Assembly (NCBI GenBank): GCA_016288155.1
Contig: JAEEYP010000095.1
Location: 107 to 64,106 of the forward strand
DNA length: 64,000 bases
Direction of reading: 5' to 3'
From: Clostridiales bacterium
GTDB taxonomy: Bacteria; Bacillota; Clostridia; Oscillospirales; CAG-272
Shown here: positions 58,008-64,000 of the stretch, in pieces
How the letters are laid out: every line of letters begins with the position of its first letter
How positions within the stretch are numbered: position 1 is the first letter of the stretch
Position numbers and translations under genes: made by a program
The notes under the pieces: generated by a model
Told to the model about the DNA's origin: nothing
Database searches by the model: none
The model's input: the letters and a program-made list of their open reading frames with translations, nothing else

Positions 58008-59441
58008 ATGAAAGAAGCCTATGCGCAGAGGACCTGCTACGTCAATTTCGCGGAGCATCTGCAGAACGCGTGGAACGTAAATTTCATCTATGAGGACGCG
58101 CCGGGGACCTGGACGGAGGCGGATTGGACCGCGTTTTTCACCGAGCTGTCCGCCTTCGGCTACACGAATTTCCAGTTCTGGATCCCCCCGACGCTCTGCG
58201 CGCCCGGCGCGGCGCGCGACGGCGCCGTCCCCAAGCTGAACGCGATGATCCGTCTCTGCCGCGCGGCGGGACTGACGGCGAACGCGCTGATCACCGTCAA
58301 CACGATCGGCGCCGAGTGGTACCTCGCCTGCCCGCGCGATCCGCGGGACCGGGGACGGATCCTCGAATTCTGGACGTACTGGGCAGAGCGGCTCCCCGAC
58401 GCCGATATCTTCACGATCTTTCCGGGGGATCCGGGCGGCTGCCGCCGGAACGGCTGCGATCACAACACGTTCATCGAGCTGGCGGCGGAGCTGACCCGCA
58501 TGCTCCGGGAGAAGATCCCCGGCGTCGGCGTGGAGATCGGCACGTGGGGCACGCCCTTCACCGGCTGGGGCGGCGACATGCGCGAGACGCCCGGCTGGGA
58601 CGGGACCTTCGCCATGCTGATCGACCCGAACGCGAACACGCCGGAGATCCCCTGCCACATCTGGAACGGCTCGCCGGAGCGGGCGGTGCGGGCGATGGAG
58701 GATCTCATCGCGCGGCTGCCGCTCTTCCCGGAGGACGTGACGTTCTCGATCAACTCCGGCTTCAACCCGGACTGCGAGCCGATCGGCGCGTACGACGGGC
58801 GCCCGTGGGCGAAGAAGATCGCCGAAACGCACCGCGTGACCTCCTGGGACTACGCGGCGTCGGAGGGGGAACTCGTATGCTACCCGCATTACCGGCTGGA
58901 GAAATACAAGCGGAAACGGAAGATGGAGACGGAGGCGGCGCCGTACTTCGGCGCGATCTGTTACACGATGAGCCCGAAGCTGAATCTTCTGACGCTGTAC
59001 GCCGCGGCGCAGCTGATGAAGGATCCGGACAGGGACGCCGGAGAGATCGCCGGAGAGTTCACGGAGCTCGTCTTCGGCGACGCGCGGATCGGTCCTCTGA
59101 TGAAGGCGTTCGAGATCGTCCCCGGATGGGGCTACGAGCCGACGGGACTCGGAAAGCCCGCGCTGCGGGACATGCTGACGGAGCTGACCGGGCGGCTGAA
59201 CGCGGCGGCGGGGCACGTCTCCCGGCTGCCGATCTTTCCGGGGGCGGAAGAATACAGGAACGTCCTTCTCTGGCACGCGGGCAATTTTCTTGCGATGCTC
59301 GGCGACGCGCCGGACCGGGAAACGATCCGGCGGGAATACAAGGACCGCGCGCTGGCGATCTACGACACGATCCCGCTCGCGGTGGACGAGCGCTCCGCGG
59401 CGTCCGCCGAGGGCTACAGCCGCATCGGTCTCGGCCTCTGA
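58008..59441 (+). CDS. hypothetical protein, possibly glycosidase-like; no family recognised
   Basis: 477 aa, cytoplasmic, coding-type GC3. Starts 10 nt after the GNAT stop. Contains FTIFPGDPGGCRRNGCDHN and VEIGTWGTPF. Confidence 0.5.
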   Translation: MKEAYAQRTCYVNFAEHLQNAWNVNFIYEDAPGTWTEADWTAFFTELSAFGYTNFQFWIPPTLCAPGAARDGAVPKLNAMIRLCRAAGLTANALITVNTIGAEWYLACPRDPRDRGRILEFWTYWAERLPDADIFTIFPGDPGGCRRNGCDHNTFIELAAELTRMLREKIPGVGVEIGTWGTPFTGWGGDMRETPGWDGTFAMLIDPNANTPEIPCHIWNGSPERAVRAMEDLIARLPLFPEDVTFSINSGFNPDCEPIGAYDGRPWAKKIAETHRVTSWDYAASEGELVCYPHYRLEKYKRKRKMETEAAPYFGAICYTMSPKLNLLTLYAAAQLMKDPDRDAGEIAGEFTELVFGDARIGPLMKAFEIVPGWGYEPTGLGKPALRDMLTELTGRLNAAAGHVSRLPIFPGAEEYRNVLLWHAGNFLAMLGDAPDRETIRREYKDRALAIYDTIPLAVDERSAASAEGYSRIGLGL

Positions 59442-59452
59442 TACGAAAGCAA

Positions 59453-59490
59453 AACGAAAAGGACGGGCGTCACCGCCCGTCCTTTTCGTT
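59453..59490. terminator. bidirectional terminator
   Basis: 17-bp stem AACGAAAAGGACGGGCG/CGCCCGTCCTTTTCGTT with TCAC loop, between convergent genes. Confidence 0.85.
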
Positions 59491-59502
59491 TCGTGAAAGC
59501 GC

Positions 59503-60993
59503 TCACTCGCCGTCCGTGCCGTCCGCGCCGTCCGCTTCGGCGGACGCTTTGGCGGCCGCGTCGCGGCGCACCGCGAGGATCGAGGCGATATCCCTGACCT
59601 TCTCGTCGGTGAGGGTGAAGCGCCGCCGGAACCAGATCACGGCGACGATCAGCCCGGCGACGGGGATCAGCGTCATCGTCATGCGCAGTCCGACCTTCGC
59701 GCTCTGCGCCACGCCGAGCGACCAGTCGACGAGCTTGTCCGCCTCGGAGACCTCCGTCCCCGCCTGCAGATGATTGACGCTCAGGCAGACGGAGGCGGCG
59801 AGCGCGGCGATGCCGGACGCCAGCTTGACGACGAAGGTCTGCATCGAGAAGATCACGCTCTCGTCGCGGCGGCTGTTCTTGTACTCCCCGTAATCGACGG
59901 TATTGGCGAGGAAGACCGTCGTGATGACCGTCAGCATCCCGTTCGCGGCGAAGATGAAGAACGCCGGGATGAAGAGCAGGTACACGATGCTCATCGACGT
60001 GAACGCGAGCCCGAGCAGGACCGCGTACCCGACGACCGCCATGCCGAGACAGATGTAGAAGATCTGCAGGCTGGTGAATTTCCGGCGGAGCAGCGGATAC
60101 ATGACCATCATGGAGAGTACCTGGATCGCGCCGCCGAACATGTTGAAGAGCACGTAGGCGTCGTTCCAGCCGACGGTACCGAAATCGTATTTGAAGAAGT
60201 AGATGACGAGGTTGGAGGTCAGATAGATCGAGCAGTTGATGAGCACGATGGCGACGGTGACCGTCATCGCCTGATCGTTCCGCACGAGCGCCCGGAACAT
60301 CTCCCCGACGGAGACGGTCTTCATCTCGGCGGTGGACCGTTCCTTGACGTTCAGGCAGGTAAGGACGGTGAACACGACGAAGAGGATCGCCACAATAAGG
60401 GAAAACCACTTGAAGCCCTCGATCTCGACGGCGCGGCTGCCCGCGTCGTCGGCGGCGAAGAGCTCGCCGAGCTTCGGCACGAACATCATCGTGAACACCG
60501 TGATGATCGCGGAGCCGACGCCGGCGCTCGTGCGCGCGAGCGTTGTCAGACCCTCCCGCTCCCGGCCTCCCTCCGTAAAGGCGGGGATCATCGACCAGTA
60601 CGGGATATCCATCATCGTGTACGTCACGCCCCAGAGGATATAGGTCACGGCGGCGTAGGCGACGAGCCCGGCGGCGTCCATTTTCGGCGGCGCTGCGAAC
60701 ATCAGAAAGAGCACGGCGGCGTTCGTCAGCGTGCCGATGAGGAGCCACGGGCGGAATTTGCCCCACTTCGTCTTCGTCTTGGCGACGACGACGCCCATGA
60801 TAGGATCGTTGAAGGCGTCGAACACGCGCGCCGCCATGAGGATGAAGCCCATGGCGATGGCGTTCACGCTGAGAAGATCCTGATAATAGTAGAGCACGTA
60901 GCTGGCGGAGAGCATGTAGACCATGTCCTTGCCGACGGCGCCGAGCGCGTAGGAGAACTTCGCGCGGCCGGTCAGCTTCTGCGATGTTGTCAT
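59503..60993 (-). CDS. glycoside-pentoside-hexuronide (GPH):cation symporter
   Basis: 496 aa with 12 TM. GRAKFSYALGAVGKDMVYMLSASYVLYYY...RVFDAFNDPIMGVVVAKTKTKWGKFRPW is the MelB/YicJ family signature. Confidence 0.88.
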   Translation of the reverse strand: MTTSQKLTGRAKFSYALGAVGKDMVYMLSASYVLYYYQDLLSVNAIAMGFILMAARVFDAFNDPIMGVVVAKTKTKWGKFRPWLLIGTLTNAAVLFLMFAAPPKMDAAGLVAYAAVTYILWGVTYTMMDIPYWSMIPAFTEGGREREGLTTLARTSAGVGSAIITVFTMMFVPKLGELFAADDAGSRAVEIEGFKWFSLIVAILFVVFTVLTCLNVKERSTAEMKTVSVGEMFRALVRNDQAMTVTVAIVLINCSIYLTSNLVIYFFKYDFGTVGWNDAYVLFNMFGGAIQVLSMMVMYPLLRRKFTSLQIFYICLGMAVVGYAVLLGLAFTSMSIVYLLFIPAFFIFAANGMLTVITTVFLANTVDYGEYKNSRRDESVIFSMQTFVVKLASGIAALAASVCLSVNHLQAGTEVSEADKLVDWSLGVAQSAKVGLRMTMTLIPVAGLIVAVIWFRRRFTLTDEKVRDIASILAVRRDAAAKASAEADGADGTDGE

Positions 60994-61056
60994 ATCCGGT
61001 CCCCCGTTCGTCGGACGGCGCGGTATATACGGCGCGCCATCCGTTTTTTCGTTATG

Positions 61057-61085
61057 ATTATACAGTTTTTTTCTCCGTCTGTCAA
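61057..61085 (-). promoter_or_regulatory. consensus sigma-A promoter of the GPH symporter gene
   Basis: Minus strand: TTGACA, 17-nt spacer, TATAAT (both hexamers perfect). Confidence 0.7.
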
Positions 61086-61134
61086 GAGGACGTGTCGGAT
61101 CTGTCGGGAAAGACCGCGCCGTCCGGGCGGCGCG

Positions 61135-61956
61135 TCAGCGCAGCAGCTCTTCCACGTTCTCCCCTATGAACGCGTCGAACTGCCGGCGGCATCCGTCGTA
61201 CTCCGCCCGCGTCCGGACCGTCCACGCGAACGTCAGCGCGCCGAGCGCCCGGCAGATCCGCACGCCGGTCATCCTGCCGTACAGATGGCGGCAGGCGATG
61301 AAGTCCGGACGCGCCAGCACGTTCGTCAGCATCGCGCCGAGCACGAAGGCGAGCACGCCGCGCGTCTCGCCGTCCCGGCGGAAATTCGTGACGAGGATCC
61401 CGCGCATGACGTGCGGCGCGAGGCGACGCCAGCGGGCGACGAGGAACGGATTGAACGACTCCACGCAGTACCGCGCGCCGCTGTTCTCAAGGATCGGCAT
61501 GGCGGCGTCGCACAGCCGCGTGTCCGTGCTCGTCCCCTTCAGCTCGACGATGAGCGGCACGCTGCCGCCGACGAGTTCGAGCACCTCCCGCAGCGTCGGG
61601 ATCTTTTCCTCCGTTCCAAGCAGGGAAAGTTCCCGCAGCGCGGCGAGCGTCCGCTCCTCCGGCTTTCCCTCCGTCCCGCACAGGCGCGTGAGCGTATCGT
61701 CGTGGAAAACGACGACCTCCCCGTCCGCCGTGAGGTGGATATCGAGCTCGATCCCTACGCCGCGCTTCACGGCGGCGCGGAAGGCGGCGAGAGAATTCTC
61801 CGGCGTCCGCACGTTGTCGAATTCTCCCCGGTGCGCGTACAGCCTGTCGGCGAAGGCGCCGAAGCGCCGCCGCGCGCCCGGCCGCGGGAAAATCAAAAAT
61901 AAGTATACCGCCGCCGCCGCAAGAACGACCGCCGCCGCGATCCAGACGTATCTCAT
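61135..61956 (-). CDS. membrane-anchored glycerophosphodiester phosphodiesterase family protein
   Basis: Start placed at MRYVWIAAAVVLAAAAVYLF (ATG 61956, SD GGAGGAGGG). YAHRGEFD..PENSLAAF...GIELDIHLTADGEVVVFHDDTL. Confidence 0.85.
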   Translation of the reverse strand: MRYVWIAAAVVLAAAAVYLFLIFPRPGARRRFGAFADRLYAHRGEFDNVRTPENSLAAFRAAVKRGVGIELDIHLTADGEVVVFHDDTLTRLCGTEGKPEERTLAALRELSLLGTEEKIPTLREVLELVGGSVPLIVELKGTSTDTRLCDAAMPILENSGARYCVESFNPFLVARWRRLAPHVMRGILVTNFRRDGETRGVLAFVLGAMLTNVLARPDFIACRHLYGRMTGVRICRALGALTFAWTVRTRAEYDGCRRQFDAFIGENVEELLR

Positions 61957-62219
61957 GCTTTCCCTCCTCCCCCGCGCCGTCCGCCGGCCGTCCTCGTACC
62001 GCCGAACGGGCAAAAAAGCGCGGGAAATCAAAAAATTTTCACAAAAGTATTTCTTTCTGCGCGCGAATCGTATATAATTAAAGATAGCCTACTCTGCGCG
62101 CCCGGTCCCGCGCCGATGCGTGCGACCGTCCCACGTTACTATTATATCATGTCAGCGCCGGAAATCAAGAGGCTGCGTCGCAAGGCGCGACTTTTTTACC
62201 ATAAACGAGGTGTCGTATC

Positions 62220-62747
62220 ATGAATACCGAAAAGAAGCGCTACAACATCCAGATCGCGGGCATCCAGTTCACCGTCCTGTCGGACGAGCCGGAGGACTTC
62301 GTTCTCTCCACCGTCGATATGCTCGATCGGCGCGTCAGCGATCTTTTCGTGCACAACAAGCGCTGCTCCAAGCTGGACGCGGCGATCCTGTGCGCGCTCG
62401 ACGAAATGAGCGAGAGGCGGAAGGCGGAGAAAAAGATCCGCAATCTCGAAACGCAGATCTCCCTCTACGAGGCGAGGATGAAGAAAGCCGGAGAAAAAGA
62501 CGGATCGGCGTCCCCGGCGCCGGAGGCGGAGGCGGCCGAGGTACAGCAGCTGCACGTGTCCGCGGCGGAACAGCAGCCGCCCGTGCCGCAGCACAACGAC
62601 AAGCTCCGCGAGATCGAGAGCCTGCTGCGCCGCCGCGGCGAGGACGCGCCGAAGTCCGACGCGCCCCAGGACAGCCGTACGGACAAGCTCCGTCAGATCG
62701 AAGGGCTGCTCCGCCAGAACGCCGCCCAGCCGCCGCATGACGACTGA
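62220..62747 (+). CDS. zapA: cell division protein ZapA with repeat-containing C-terminal extension
   Basis: 175 aa: KRYNIQIAGIQFTVLSDEPEDFVLSTVDMLDRRVSDL...LDAAILCALDEM. Tail has DKLREIESLLRRR / DKLRQIEGLLRQN. Confidence 0.85.
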   Translation: MNTEKKRYNIQIAGIQFTVLSDEPEDFVLSTVDMLDRRVSDLFVHNKRCSKLDAAILCALDEMSERRKAEKKIRNLETQISLYEARMKKAGEKDGSASPAPEAEAAEVQQLHVSAAEQQPPVPQHNDKLREIESLLRRRGEDAPKSDAPQDSRTDKLRQIEGLLRQNAAQPPHDD

Positions 62748-64000
62748 CCGCCTCCCGGAACTGCTCGCGCCGGCGGGTTCGCCGGACGCGCTGCGCGCGG
62801 CGGTCGAGGCCGGAGCCGACGCCGTCTATTTCGGCGCGGCGCGCTTCAGCGCGCGGATGCGCGCGCGGAATTTCGGAGAAGAAGAGCTCGCGGACGCGCT
62901 CTCCCTGCTCCGCGCGTACGGCGTCCGCTCCTATATCACCGTCAATACCTGCCTGCGCGGCGTGGAACTCACGGACGTGCTCGACACGGTGCGCTTCCTC
63001 TACGAGGCGGGCGCGGACGCTTTGATCGTCGCCGATCTCGGCGCGGCCGCCGCCATCCGGGCGCGGTATCCGGCGCTCCCGCTGCACGCGTCGACGCAGC
63101 TTTCCTGCGCTTCCGCCGAGGACGCGCGCGCGCTCGCGGCGCTCGGCTTTTCCCGCATGGTCTGTCCGCGGGAGCTGTCCCGCGAGCAGATCTCCGCGCT
63201 CTGCGCCGCCTCCCCGATCGGGATCGAGATGTTCCTCCACGGCGCGCACTGCGTCTCCTATTCCGGGCAGTGCCTTTTCAGTTTCGCGATGGGGGGCCGC
63301 AGCGGGAACCGCGGCGAGTGCGCGCAGCCCTGCCGCCTCCCGTACAAGCTCTCCGGCGAGGACGTCGGAGCCTCGGATTACCCGCTCAGTCTCCGCGACC
63401 TTTCCCTCGCGGAGCATATCGAAGAGATCCTCTCCCTCGGCGTCGCCTCGCTTAAGATCGAGGGCAGGCAGAAATCCGCCGGGTACGTATACGGCGTCAC
63501 GAAGATCTACCGGACGCTCCTCGACGAGAGGAGGAACGCGCGCCGGGACGAAGTGGAGCGGCTCGCCGCCCTCTTCAGCCGCGGCGGCTTCACCGACGGC
63601 TATTTCCGGGCGCGCTTCGGGCACATGCTCGGCCGCCGGCGCCCGGAGGACGCCGACGCGGACGGTCCCTCCTTCGGCGGACTGACGCGGAAGATCCCCG
63701 TCCGCGCCGTGCTGCGCGTGCAGAGCGGCGAGCCGATCACGCTTTCGCTCACGGCGGGAGAACGGACCGTCACCGCTGCCGGAGAACTCCCGCAGCCCGC
63801 GCGCACCGTGCCGCTCGACGATGAGACCGCGCGGCGCAGCATCGCGAAATTCGGCGGCACGCCGTACGCGCTCGCCGCCTTTACCGCCGCCGTCGGCGAC
63901 GGGCTCTTCGTCACGCCCGCCGCGCTGAACGCGCTGCGGCGGGACGCCGTCTCGGCGCTCTCCGCGCCGCCCGTCCGCCCCGCCCCGTCCGACGGCGCGC
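62737..64000 (+). CDS. peptidase U32 family protein (3' end beyond the window)
   Basis: Not in the ORF track (runs off the edge). My own translation: MTTDRLPELLAPAGSPDALRAAVEAGADAVYFG... with the U32 signature EMFLHGAHCVSYSGQCLFS and GECAQPCR. Overlaps zapA by 11 nt. Confidence 0.88.
   Translation, partial: MTTDRLPELLAPAGSPDALRAAVEAGADAVYFGAARFSARMRARNFGEEELADALSLLRAYGVRSYITVNTCLRGVELTDVLDTVRFLYEAGADALIVADLGAAAAIRARYPALPLHASTQLSCASAEDARALAALGFSRMVCPRELSREQISALCAASPIGIEMFLHGAHCVSYSGQCLFSFAMGGRSGNRGECAQPCRLPYKLSGEDVGASDYPLSLRDLSLAEHIEEILSLGVASLKIEGRQKSAGYVYGVTKIYRTLLDERRNARRDEVERLAALFSRGGFTDGYFRARFGHMLGRRRPEDADADGPSFGGLTRKIPVRAVLRVQSGEPITLSLTAGERTVTAAGELPQPARTVPLDDETARRSIAKFGGTPYALAAFTAAVGDGLFVTPAALNALRRDAVSALSAPPVRPAPSDGA

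Noticed and set aside
61957-62219. A possible 6S RNA (ssrS) next to zapA, by analogy with the E. coli zapA-ssrS arrangement.
   Set aside because: The candidate transcript is only ~115 nt and lies upstream of zapA rather than downstream. I could not see the long closing stem and central bubble architecture.

Overview
This is a 64-kb, high-GC (roughly 65%) chromosome segment from a Firmicutes/Clostridia-type anaerobe. The strong GC3 bias creates many long antisense shadow ORFs. The lineage call rests on CIRCE-controlled groES-groEL, a type-Z S14, an XpaC-TelA pair, and S10-spc-alpha gene order with secY-adk-map-infA-rpmJ. In order, the window holds: a partial DUF1385 gene; a membrane-anchored parvulin PPIase; guaB; and a complete F1Fo ATP synthase operon (atpZ-I-B-E-F-H-A-G-D-C) whose c subunit carries a Na+ two-carboxylate signature and whose epsilon is truncated. 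Next come an acyltransferase-3, mtnN, pssA-psd, two tandem GH110-like beta-helix paralogues, mscL, groES-groEL and a Na+:alanine symporter. The full S10-spc-alpha ribosomal protein/rpoA cluster lies on the minus strand (31 genes, 23.25-39.26 kb). It is followed by a 6-gene envelope-stress-like operon (membrane protein, XpaC, TelA, LemA-like, TPM lipoprotein, sirtuin), an ABC-F ATPase, and a ~0.7-kb hairpin-dense non-coding spacer. After that come rpmF-yceD, a membrane protein plus barstar-like pair, and an SPFH plus ribbon-helix-helix operon with a perfect palindromic operator candidate. The window ends with an uncharacterised 5-gene sugar-type operon (YjbQ-like, archaeal-type TIM, ceramidase-like, FGGY kinase, fucose/arabinose-isomerase-like), a GNAT plus unknown 477-aa protein plus GPH symporter, a GDPD, zapA and a partial U32 peptidase. 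I recognised no rRNA, tRNA, CRISPR array, transposase or integrase. All family assignments come from motif recognition by eye; no database search or folding program was run.
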